64,000 nucleotides of DNA from a virus (taxonomy: Duplodnaviria; Caudoviricetes), in IMG/VR virus record IMGVR_UViG_3300033073_001761, positions 4,547 to 68,546 of that record. One strand, 5' to 3'. Under the pieces are notes generated by a model that had not been told where the DNA came from, ran no database searches, and was given only the letters and a program-made list of their open reading frames with translations. The position numbers were made by a program, and so were the translations under genes. This document shows positions 18,492 through 27,170 of this stretch, one piece after another. How positions within the stretch are numbered: the first letter of the stretch is position 1; each line of letters starts with the position of its first letter.

Positions 18492-20347
18492 CTTTCTTCC
18501 TCTACTGTCGCTGCTTCCAGCCCGATATCGTTTTCTTCCAGTGACGTTCCTGTCGTCGCTGGCGTCAAGTGAGCCGGCGGGAGAGGTATCGTTGCGATTG
18601 CCTCAGTGGTTTGGTATTCAATCATCCATTTGAGAGTGTGAATGTCCATACCACTTTCAGTCTGTCCTCGCTTGCCCCGCGCGATCATGTGTCGCTTGAC
18701 CAAGACAACTTGCTTGCCTTCGATCGATTTCAGTTCGGGCACTGGGATTGGGTATTTGACTCGTTCGGCGGCTCCAATGAGAAACAGCCTTTTGGCTGAC
18801 GAATTCAATCTTTGTACGATTGCCGGTTTGGCCTCGCCCGTCGGATCATGCAAGCGGGCTACCGAAATATTCGTCGGCGACAGCGTACCCGAATCAAGAT
18901 CATCATCGCCACGCCCGCCCGAAGACTCCGGAGCCGCAATGTCGATGACAACGGCTCGTCGACTGGTATCGCTCGCCACGATACGCAGGTCATGCTTGAC
19001 CCACGATGTTTCTGGCGTCAGCTTTGCGGATTGATCCCCAAAATAAGCGAGTTCGTCGGTCACTGTTGGGCTGGCGGTTGTCTCAACGTAATAAGGCTTG
19101 CTTGTCGCATCGTCGAGACAAAGATCAACCAAGGCTTCGTCTTGCGGTCGCCAAACTAAGCCAGAAATGCCGTCAGGCTTGCGAGCATCAGCGACAGAAT
19201 CAGCCCATTGTTGCCAGGAGTAATCTAGGCTCTTCCAGATGGCCGACTTTTCGAGAATCTTGTCAAATCTGGTAGTTATGCGGTAACTGATCGATATCGA
19301 AACGTTCATGTCTGAAAGCGAGGTAGAAATCGAGAGACGTTTGATCAATCGCAAGCCGTCATTGGTCGCCAACCCGTCGCCAATCCCTTTTTGTCGCATG
19401 ATGTTTTCGAAGATTGACCACGCGATAGCCTTACCTTCTCGCTTAAAGATTCGGAAAGAAACAGATAGATTGCACTCCCACTCAGCACCCCAGACATTCC
19501 CTGAAACGGAATGGCTACCGTCAAACCGAACAACTCGATTTGGCCAACCCCAAGTGGTGCTTCGCTCGCTATCAGTGATAGAGAATTGCAACTGAGTTCG
19601 ATCGGGCGAAAAAGTTGTTGAAACTCGCCGCTCAAAGTCTGGCAGCGGTTTGAAAATCTCGTTGAGCCGTCGTTTCCATAAATCGCCCGCGTTTGGCGAT
19701 TTTCGCCAGTCTTCCGGCCAAGCAAATCCACCATCCGGCACAATCTCGCCGTTTCCATCGGTCGTCAATCCGCCGGCGGGGAAGATGGCCGTACCACTAA
19801 TCAACCGTGTCACCAATCCAGAATCGTCTACCGAGTGCGACACTGAATAACCGATACCAAGCAGCCGGTTGCCAAACACTGGTTGACCATCTTCGGTAGT
19901 GCTGTCAAATGTAAAGCACCCCTGGACGCGGAATCGAATCGACAGCGAAATTGCCGCCGCTGATTTGCCGGCAATTCGCGTGATTCGCAGGCCGGCGGGA
20001 TGAGGGCCGTTGCTCATCTCAGGATGCGTGACACCATCTTCGCCGTTGGTACCGATCACCCATTTGCCGACCGCCGCATCTTCGATCGAGAGCTTGAGTT
20101 TCTTGCGTTTCAGCGTCGATTTGGCAGCAAGAATCGCCTCGTCAATCGAAGTTCCGTCGACGGCGACCAAGGTATCTTGAATCTGCAAGGTCACGTCGGT
20201 GTACATCGTCGACCGATTACTCGGATCGGCAACAAAATCCATCGAAAGCTGATGCCGTGCAACACCGCTAAACTCCCACGAGCCGTAGGACACTTTGGCG
20301 ATGACGTCGAGTAGTCCGAGTTTCTGGAGCGGGATTTCGGTAGCCAT
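18488..20347 (-). CDS. Hypothetical tail-associated protein
   Basis: 619 aa directly downstream of the tape-measure-like gene. Confidence 0.6.
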   Translation of the reverse strand: MATEIPLQKLGLLDVIAKVSYGSWEFSGVARHQLSMDFVADPSNRSTMYTDVTLQIQDTLVAVDGTSIDEAILAAKSTLKRKKLKLSIEDAAVGKWVIGTNGEDGVTHPEMSNGPHPAGLRITRIAGKSAAAISLSIRFRVQGCFTFDSTTEDGQPVFGNRLLGIGYSVSHSVDDSGLVTRLISGTAIFPAGGLTTDGNGEIVPDGGFAWPEDWRKSPNAGDLWKRRLNEIFKPLPDFERRVSTTFSPDRTQLQFSITDSERSTTWGWPNRVVRFDGSHSVSGNVWGAEWECNLSVSFRIFKREGKAIAWSIFENIMRQKGIGDGLATNDGLRLIKRLSISTSLSDMNVSISISYRITTRFDKILEKSAIWKSLDYSWQQWADSVADARKPDGISGLVWRPQDEALVDLCLDDATSKPYYVETTASPTVTDELAYFGDQSAKLTPETSWVKHDLRIVASDTSRRAVVIDIAAPESSGGRGDDDLDSGTLSPTNISVARLHDPTGEAKPAIVQRLNSSAKRLFLIGAAERVKYPIPVPELKSIEGKQVVLVKRHMIARGKRGQTESGMDIHTLKWMIEYQTTEAIATIPLPPAHLTPATTGTSLEENDIGLEAATVEEES

Positions 20348-21702
20348 CAGTCAAACGTTCCCATCGTCTTGTTCCAGCCTTCTCTACCTTCATCAACAGC
20401 CTTTTGTAGTGGTGCAAGGAATCCCTCCTCTTGACCAACAACGTCCGGCATCACATTTGTCTGACCGGTGATGAACCGCTCCATATCATTGACAAAATCG
20501 CCGCTTTCCTGTTTTACTTTCTCTTGCTCGATACCGTACCAGTAGTTAATGAACGCTTTCGCCCATTCGACTGGGTTAACTACTTTCACAATATCGATTA
20601 AACGTTCAATGATAAATTGAATGAGCGAAGTTATAAATCGCAAAATCTCGATCAACATTTTGACGGCTTCCAGAGTGCCAGCAATGAAAGGCATGAGCGA
20701 ATCAACAAGCCTTCGACCAGTCTCGGTTATGCCTAAGTTGATATCGGTCAATTTTTCCGTCATCTCCGCCAGACCACTGGTTAGATTCTCATTCTTCGCC
20801 GCCCTCACGTCCGCCATCATCGTCCTCGCCTCGCCGACGCTCTGAGCCGCGCTAATCTCCGGCGAATATTGCGAGAGCCGATTGGCGGTCTGGTTCGCCG
20901 CGTAGCCGAGAGCGGCAATTGATCCGACTGTCGCTGCAATCGCGACGCCCAGCGGCCCCAATTTGCTCGCTACACCGACCGCCGCTTCAGATACCGCAGC
21001 TAACCCTGCCGCAGTAGAGCCGCCAACACCCTCGCCAGCCGCGGTAACTCTGGCCGCCAGCGTTCCTGCTTGCGAGACACCAGCGACGATCGACGATGAC
21101 AGACTGCTCGTGGTCGATGTTGGCGACGGGCCGCTTTGGCTGCTGTTATCTGCACCTTTTGCTTGCCCCGCAGTGGCCGTTGACTCGGTTGCAGTTGGCT
21201 TCGCCGCCGCAGCAGCAGAATCTCCTGCACTCCCACCAACCCGCACCGCCGCCGTATTCCGATCCAGCGCCGCAACCAACCGCTCGATCGCCGGAACCGC
21301 CGCGACGAACCCTTCTCCCGTCGGCCCTTCTCGCCGCTGTTCGTCGGCCTCGGCGATCGAGTCGTAGCCACTCTGTGATTTGCCGTCGCCGCTGTCCTTG
21401 TCGGTCCCTGGCCGCGGCACGATCACACGCAGATCGTTGTTTGCGAGCAACCTGTCCGAGGCGAGAGTACCAGCACGGACCGCCGCGGCCGCACCAGCGA
21501 GAAAGCTGTCAGGGATAGCAGTTGGTGAGCCCGGAAGATTTTGGCCGGCGGGAGAAGGGTTCCCACTTCCGGGACTTCCGGGCCTGCTTCCCGAACCGCC
21601 GCTGGTCCCGGGACTTCCGCCAACGTTGACACCCGTACCGTCGTCCAAGACGATCCGCAGCACCACGTCATTCTGGCTATTGCTAGGCCCGCCGCCGATC
21701 AT
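20347..21702 (-). CDS. Tape-measure-like protein (short)
   Basis: Ala/Gly-rich helical protein with amphipathic FITSLIQFIIERLIDIVK segment, after tube and chaperone genes. Confidence 0.55.
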   Translation of the reverse strand: MIGGGPSNSQNDVVLRIVLDDGTGVNVGGSPGTSGGSGSRPGSPGSGNPSPAGQNLPGSPTAIPDSFLAGAAAAVRAGTLASDRLLANNDLRVIVPRPGTDKDSGDGKSQSGYDSIAEADEQRREGPTGEGFVAAVPAIERLVAALDRNTAAVRVGGSAGDSAAAAAKPTATESTATAGQAKGADNSSQSGPSPTSTTSSLSSSIVAGVSQAGTLAARVTAAGEGVGGSTAAGLAAVSEAAVGVASKLGPLGVAIAATVGSIAALGYAANQTANRLSQYSPEISAAQSVGEARTMMADVRAAKNENLTSGLAEMTEKLTDINLGITETGRRLVDSLMPFIAGTLEAVKMLIEILRFITSLIQFIIERLIDIVKVVNPVEWAKAFINYWYGIEQEKVKQESGDFVNDMERFITGQTNVMPDVVGQEEGFLAPLQKAVDEGREGWNKTMGTFD

Positions 21703-21717
21703 CCGGTACCTCTGTCA

Positions 21718-21990
21718 CTACAGTTTGCCGCTGCGAATCGCGGCATCTTGATCGGCTCGAATCGCCGCGAGCACAATATCGTCGGCAGAATCTCGATCCA
21801 TCGTCGCGGCCAAGGCCAGCCGCCTCAGGTCGTCGTAATCACCCCACTTGCCGGCCGCGACCCGCTCACCCGCTTCAATTCGGCCGAGCAGGCTCGACAG
21901 CAGCGTTTGCTCCGTCGCTGACGCTCGCCACGGATTGACCCCGGGGAACGCCTTAGCTATCTTGGCCAGCCGAAAGATACCTCCGTTCAA
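21718..21990 (-). CDS. Probable tail assembly chaperone, downstream part
   Basis: Position; overlaps the previous ORF by 38 nt with no strong start. Confidence 0.4.
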   Translation of the reverse strand: MNGGIFRLAKIAKAFPGVNPWRASATEQTLLSSLLGRIEAGERVAAGKWGDYDDLRRLALAATMDRDSADDIVLAAIRADQDAAIRSGKL

Positions 21991-22273
21991 GTCGCTGCCA
22001 GTCGGTGAGCACCTTCGCCCGAATCAGCGTCGCGTGGCTGCTAGTCAGCGACAGCGGCGGCTGCTCAGGATCGGCAGGCTGCAACAATCCTTGGAGAACC
22101 GGAATAATTGCGGCTGCGTCGTCAGCGTTGAACGGTCGGCGTTCGTCGATCTTTCGCGACTGCTCAAAATTGGAAATCGCGAGCAAAAGGTCACCGAGCT
22201 CCGCGGAATATTCGTGCCCGTGTTGCCGGACTACCGTTCGCGTCTCTTCGAGGTCGAGGATTTGATTAACCAT
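21953..22273 (-). CDS. Probable tail assembly chaperone
   Basis: Between tail tube and tape measure genes. Confidence 0.45.
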   Translation of the reverse strand: MVNQILDLEETRTVVRQHGHEYSAELGDLLLAISNFEQSRKIDERRPFNADDAAAIIPVLQGLLQPADPEQPPLSLTSSHATLIRAKVLTDWQRLERRYLSAGQDS

Positions 22274-22335
22274 GGTTCTCTAATACTCTTTCGCTGCTAA
22301 GAATGTCTAACTATTGAAACTGCTATCGGATCAGA

Positions 22336-22851
22336 TCAGCTATTCGTGTAAAAAATCGGCTTCCCATCCGGACCGGGATAAGGGTACAGAACAAACATCA
22401 CCGGGATAATTCGCAGCTGCGAATTCAAGGCATACCGAACACCCTGATCAACGGCCAGCGTCGCGAAATTCGCGGTGTAGACATCGCCCAGCGAATCGGT
22501 TGCGGCCAAGGAATCAGACCATTGCGGCGTCAAGATTAGCTGCTTGGTCTTGTTTGAATCACCCGCCACCGACGTACCCGGGACAGCCATTCGGCCGCGA
22601 GTACCGCACCAAGAGGTTAGCAACGCTCGAATGCCTGGCGAATCAGCTTCGAGGAAGTTAGCGCGAATCATCACCGACTGGCCGATCTCGATATCGTCGA
22701 TCCGTGTTTGCGGACCGTATTGGTCGCTCTGGATCGGTTGTCGGCCGACTTGCTTGATGATTTCGAAGCCGCTCTGGTCGGTCAGGCCGCAATTCAGATT
22801 GCCCCAAGTGCAAGTGTAGGGGCCGGCAATCGGTTCGGTTAAGAAAGACAT
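22336..22851 (-). CDS. Probable tail tube protein
   Basis: 171 aa, beta-rich; GPYTCTWG...GLT...GFEI pattern; position. Confidence 0.55.
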   Translation of the reverse strand: MSFLTEPIAGPYTCTWGNLNCGLTDQSGFEIIKQVGRQPIQSDQYGPQTRIDDIEIGQSVMIRANFLEADSPGIRALLTSWCGTRGRMAVPGTSVAGDSNKTKQLILTPQWSDSLAATDSLGDVYTANFATLAVDQGVRYALNSQLRIIPVMFVLYPYPGPDGKPIFYTNS

Positions 22852-22873
22852 GGTTCGCTAATCCCCTAATCAA

Positions 22874-23419
22874 TTAAATCTCGGCCCCGCCAAATGACAG
22901 CACCCGCATGATTCCCGATCGCGATTCCGGCTCCGAGTTCCAGGTGCTGCCGTCAATTTCTCTCGCGGGCGACGTCGACGACCAATAAAGCGGCCGATAA
23001 TACTTCCGACCACCGATTATCGTCATCGCCCGTGAAATCACCTGGTAATTCGCGTGGAGCAAATTGCGAACCTCTTGGACCCGCGGGTTGAATTCGTGTT
23101 TCAGGTAGTACACGCCTGTCTTTTCCGGTGGCCGTGCATTCAATCGCCCGATTAGCGCGATCGACACCGAAAACTGAATCCCCAACTGCGGCAACACCTG
23201 CGAATTAATCCGTTCGCCGTCTGAATACACCGCGTAAAACCAGTCGCCCGAACCCGGAAAAGCGTAAGGGCCGAGCGTAATTTCGGCCCCGTGAATCCCT
23301 CGCGGTATCCGCAACGTTTCGCAGATTACTTGAGTAACAGCCTCAGTGAGAGCATCTTCTTCGCTAAGCGGCCGGGATAGCCGCGAGGCAACATCGCTCA
23401 CCTGTGTTTCGCTGGCCAT
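22874..23419 (-). CDS. Probable tail completion/terminator protein
   Basis: 181 aa directly upstream of the tube gene. Confidence 0.45.
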   Translation of the reverse strand: MASETQVSDVASRLSRPLSEEDALTEAVTQVICETLRIPRGIHGAEITLGPYAFPGSGDWFYAVYSDGERINSQVLPQLGIQFSVSIALIGRLNARPPEKTGVYYLKHEFNPRVQEVRNLLHANYQVISRAMTIIGGRKYYRPLYWSSTSPAREIDGSTWNSEPESRSGIMRVLSFGGAEI

Positions 23420-23427
23420 GGAACCTC

Positions 23428-24357
23428 TCAGATCAAGTAACGCTCGCGCAACTCGGCCACGCCTCGCTTGTGCTTTCGCGCCGTCGACTCGGCCCAGTTC
23501 GCGAAGATTGTGCCCGCGGTGCCGCCGACCAAGCCAATCAATCCCAGGGTCATACCCAGAATCGGCACCCAGAGCGGCATTGAAGGGATTGCGACACCAG
23601 CAATAATCAAAGCGCCCGTCCCCTTGGATAGCCCCATCAAAGCGGAAAAGCCTGCAGCAGCGCCGGCCAGCTCAACCAATGACCACGATGTATTTGCAAT
23701 CGTCGCCGCAGCACCACCAATATCCACGGCCCGCTCAGAATACTTATCCACGGCGATCGCGAGCCGGTGAGCCAGGACTTTCGCCGCCTTCAGGACATGC
23801 GGCGGCAATTTACTCGGCAGCTTCGACTTGTCGGCATGCTGGTCTTCGTATTTCTGCAGCGTGTCACGCAGCTTCGCGAGCGGGTCGTCAGCGTCCAGCC
23901 AGGGCCGCAGATCCTTGAGCACTTGCCGCGGCGGTCGCTTTGTCAGCCGCCGTTCTGCGGTCAAGATAGCTGGCATCCAGCCCGCGCCGAGGCCAGGAAC
24001 TGCGGCCAAAACCTCGCGGGCCGACGATCGGGTCGGACCAGCTTTGACGTCAATCACCTCGCCGCGGCGTGCCGATCGCGATTTTCCCGCGTCGCCACTT
24101 CTCCCGCCGGCCTTACCTCGCTTTGTCTCTCGGACTTCGCCGCCGCTAGCCTTGGCAATCGCCGCCGCAGCCTCACGATCGCCGCCGGTGTACCGCACTC
24201 GGCCGTCGGGGAGCGTGACCTTCCACCCCATGCGACGGATCGCGACCGGCGCCGTAATCCGATCGGCGATCAGCAACTGCCGAAGACGGCCGGCGGGAGA
24301 AGGTGCCGACCCAAGCAGTCCGTCGCCGAGCAATGCCTGAACCTGCACCTGCACCAT
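23428..24357 (-). CDS. Putative head-cargo membrane protein with RMG module
   Basis: RRMGWKV...IAKASGGEVRETKRGKAGGRSG; C-terminal hydrophobic hairpin; paralog of 5063..6919. Confidence 0.65.
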   Translation of the reverse strand: MVQVQVQALLGDGLLGSAPSPAGRLRQLLIADRITAPVAIRRMGWKVTLPDGRVRYTGGDREAAAAIAKASGGEVRETKRGKAGGRSGDAGKSRSARRGEVIDVKAGPTRSSAREVLAAVPGLGAGWMPAILTAERRLTKRPPRQVLKDLRPWLDADDPLAKLRDTLQKYEDQHADKSKLPSKLPPHVLKAAKVLAHRLAIAVDKYSERAVDIGGAAATIANTSWSLVELAGAAAGFSALMGLSKGTGALIIAGVAIPSMPLWVPILGMTLGLIGLVGGTAGTIFANWAESTARKHKRGVAELRERYLI

Positions 24358-24359
24358 TA

Positions 24360-24713
24360 TTACGATCCTAAGAGCGTGCTAGCGATAATATCCCAGCCGG
24401 GAAAGCCGCCGAAGTTGCGATCGTCGATATAGACGTCGGCGTAGGCTTTTCGGCGGATCGGTTCGTCGCGGAATTCGTACTTTTCGGGTGTTTCGTTCAC
24501 GCCGTCCCACTCGATCCCGTGTGCTTGCGACCACCGGATCGCCGCGTCGAGGTACTTACCCTCACGACACGTCCAGATGATCAGTATCCAGCCAGCGGCC
24601 TTGAGTTTCCGCAGCGTCTCGATTGCACCAGGCAGCGGCTCGTCAATTTCCGGCCACTGGTGCTTGCAGACCGTGCCGTCGAAATCTACCGCTACAATTT
24701 TCGACCTACTCAT
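24360..24713 (-). CDS. HAD-superfamily hydrolase (phage phosphatase type)
   Basis: IVAVDFDGTV, IIWTCR, ADVYIDDR motifs; start placed at ATG 24713. Confidence 0.85.
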   Translation of the reverse strand: MSRSKIVAVDFDGTVCKHQWPEIDEPLPGAIETLRKLKAAGWILIIWTCREGKYLDAAIRWSQAHGIEWDGVNETPEKYEFRDEPIRRKAYADVYIDDRNFGGFPGWDIIASTLLGS

Positions 24714-24729
24714 AACCCATGGCCCATAT

Positions 24730-25509
24730 TCAAACAGCATCCTGGATAGCAATCGCAATTCCTTCTCGCACCGAATCGGCAACCTCGCGCTGCCAATCGA
24801 TCGGCATGCGTCGTGGCCAGAGCGGCCGTTTCCCTTCACCGTGTCGACCGTGATGGTAAATTGCATACGGAACTTGCGTGCCGACAGAAATGGTACCACG
24901 GCTGATATCAAATAATTGGTCGCGAGCACCTGACGGCAGGGCTAGTGACTCAATACCCGGCGTGAAGGAGTTGAAAAGCACGCCAGTATCACGCAGGATC
25001 TGCACCTTACGCCGGCCAAAAACATCAAGTTTCGTACGCGCACCCTCGGATTTCAAAATCGACCACGCCGTTTTGCCGGCTGTTGCGGCCGCTTCTCCCG
25101 CCGGCACACCGCGATTGATCAGCCTCGCCTTCGTTGTCGCGAAAATCGCGTTCCATTTCTTTTGCTCGGCCGCGGTGAGCAACCCGCCTTTGCCGGCCAC
25201 GCCGCGATTTTGCCGTCGACTATTGACGCCCGCCTGCCGCTTGAGTTCTGCTTGCTCGCCCGGACCAAAGCGACGGGAATACGCTTTGGTCTTCGGGGAA
25301 AGATCGGGCCAACGAGTGCCATCGACGCCCGGTTGGCCATCGGCAAGCTTGACAAAGTTCTGCTGGATCAGCGATAGCAGCCTGATCCCGCCGCGTGTGC
25401 GAATTCTTGCCCCGATTCCGTTGTTGTCCGGGCCCGTGCCGATCACTGCGGCAACAATTTCTTGCGTCCGCTGGACAAGCTGATCGCGATTGAGCCGATG
25501 GCCGGGCAT
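24730..25509 (-). CDS. Virion morphogenesis protein (Mu gpG-like)
   Basis: TRWPDLSPKT...ILRDTGVLFNS...VGTQVPYAIYH pattern. Confidence 0.8.
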   Translation of the reverse strand: MPGHRLNRDQLVQRTQEIVAAVIGTGPDNNGIGARIRTRGGIRLLSLIQQNFVKLADGQPGVDGTRWPDLSPKTKAYSRRFGPGEQAELKRQAGVNSRRQNRGVAGKGGLLTAAEQKKWNAIFATTKARLINRGVPAGEAAATAGKTAWSILKSEGARTKLDVFGRRKVQILRDTGVLFNSFTPGIESLALPSGARDQLFDISRGTISVGTQVPYAIYHHGRHGEGKRPLWPRRMPIDWQREVADSVREGIAIAIQDAV

Positions 25510-25510
25510 C

Positions 25511-26062
25511 TTAGTAATCCCAGAGCGTGGAATAGAGCATCGACCGATAGTCGACCACTCGCGGCAGCGAGCTCGGCCCGCCCGTGCTCTGATGGATCTT
25601 CACCCGGATCGGTCGAGCTCGGCCTGGCCGCACCGTAAATCGGGTCACCGTCGGCACCGGCTTCGACAATTCCGGGACACCAGGCAGCGGCGACTGGTTG
25701 GCTTTGATCGCTTCGAGCGTCTGGTTGATCACCTCAATCTCGGCGATCAAGTTTTGCGGTGCCGGGTTGCCGCCTCGGGTCAGAAGTCGCCACGCCGCAA
25801 TCGTTGTCGCTGCGATATTGACCCAGCGAGCACCTTCATAGTCCTGGACGTTGAGCAGATCCTGCCCGTTGTACCGCTCGACGGTGTACTGGCTGATATG
25901 CCGAGACGCATAATTGATGCAGTAGGCGTAGACAGCGTCGGCGTCTTCGTGCTCTGAAGAATAGTGATAGTCGTCGGCGTGCGACTGGGCGCCGATGTAT
26001 TTGAGTAGCATCTGGATATCAGCGGCCGTGCAAAATTGCTCGCCAGGGTAAGTTGTCGGCAT
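25511..26062 (-). CDS. Head-tail adaptor (Mu gp36/DUF1320-like)
   Basis: FCTAADI N-terminus; ASRHISQY; EVINQTLEAIK. Confidence 0.7.
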   Translation of the reverse strand: MPTTYPGEQFCTAADIQMLLKYIGAQSHADDYHYSSEHEDADAVYAYCINYASRHISQYTVERYNGQDLLNVQDYEGARWVNIAATTIAAWRLLTRGGNPAPQNLIAEIEVINQTLEAIKANQSPLPGVPELSKPVPTVTRFTVRPGRARPIRVKIHQSTGGPSSLPRVVDYRSMLYSTLWDY

Positions 26063-26064
26063 TC

Positions 26065-27048
26065 TTACGCTCCTTTAGATATCTGTTTGTCAGTCCACGG
26101 ATCGTGAACCTTTGGCGTCAGTCTTCCCGTCGGCAATTTGTGTCGCTTTGCGATAGCCGCGGCCGCATTTGCCGCGATTAGTCGAGCGGCCTGGCCTCGG
26201 TCCGTGTGCGTCAAACCGTCGTAATAAGCTTGGACAATCGGCAGGCCGTCGCGGTCAACAAGCCAATCCTCGGCGAATCTTGCGGGCGATTCGCGACGGT
26301 CAGACTTTTCCCAGTCGTCCATGATCGCCGCGATCACCGCTCGCTCGTTGGCGCGGAGCTCGAACGGTTGTTGGCGGTATAATCTCTCGATCTTCGCATC
26401 GTCGACCACCCGGTCGAGCCCATCTACCGATTCGAGATACTGTTGCCGATAATCGCCTTCGTCGTGGATCTCGGCATCGTCAAGGTGCGCGAGCTCGTGA
26501 AGCGCGACATCTCTGGCCGCTCCAAGGATGTAGTCAGGCCTGATCGATCGGTGATCGTCGCCGAATCTGCTGGGGCTCACGATCTCAATTTTCGCGTTGC
26601 CAGTGCCGCCAGGCTCGAACGTGATCAGGCCGTCTGTTCGGTCAGCGGTGCCTACCGGCCGAACGGCGTTTAGGACCACTTTTCGGCCGTCGCGCATCGT
26701 GACCTCGAACGGCCTCCAGTTGTCGCCACGACTCCCTGCTGCTCGCTGAACTTCGCGATACCGTTCCAGGGATTTCGTGGCCGCGCTAACCGTGTCGTTC
26801 GATCCTCGCTTGTCGCGACGCTCGTTTCGCTCTTCGCGAGTGACGTCGATAATCTTGCCGGTCAGTCCAGATTGCTCAGCGGCTTTGCGTGTCGGAAACC
26901 AGCGTTTGCTACCCTCGACGCGAAAACCCATCCGGATTCGGCCGGCGGGAGAAGGTGCCGCAATACGCAGCAGCAATCTTGCGGTCTGGCTCGGCGACAG
27001 GCCACGATCTAAGGCTCGGCTGATCTTTTGTCGGGTCGTCGTCGCCAT
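26065..27048 (-). CDS. Putative head-cargo protein with RMG module and zincin-like HExxH metallopeptidase
   Basis: IRMGFRVEGSKRWF...; VALHELAHLD...QQPFELRA. Confidence 0.7.
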   Translation of the reverse strand: MATTTRQKISRALDRGLSPSQTARLLLRIAAPSPAGRIRMGFRVEGSKRWFPTRKAAEQSGLTGKIIDVTREERNERRDKRGSNDTVSAATKSLERYREVQRAAGSRGDNWRPFEVTMRDGRKVVLNAVRPVGTADRTDGLITFEPGGTGNAKIEIVSPSRFGDDHRSIRPDYILGAARDVALHELAHLDDAEIHDEGDYRQQYLESVDGLDRVVDDAKIERLYRQQPFELRANERAVIAAIMDDWEKSDRRESPARFAEDWLVDRDGLPIVQAYYDGLTHTDRGQAARLIAANAAAAIAKRHKLPTGRLTPKVHDPWTDKQISKGA

Positions 27049-27060
27049 CAGGTATTCCAG

Positions 27061-27103
27061 AAAAGTAAAACCGGCGGGAGAGTATTTTCAACTCGCCCGC
27101 CGG
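27061..27103 (-). terminator. Intrinsic terminator after the major capsid gene
   Basis: CCGGCGGG...CCCGCCGG hairpin followed by TTTTACTTTT on the minus strand. Confidence 0.75.
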
Positions 27104-27170
27104 CTCGGTCCCCACCGGCAGCGATTCGGTGGATCGTCAAATATTCGTTGCAAGATCGATCTTAGTAGTA

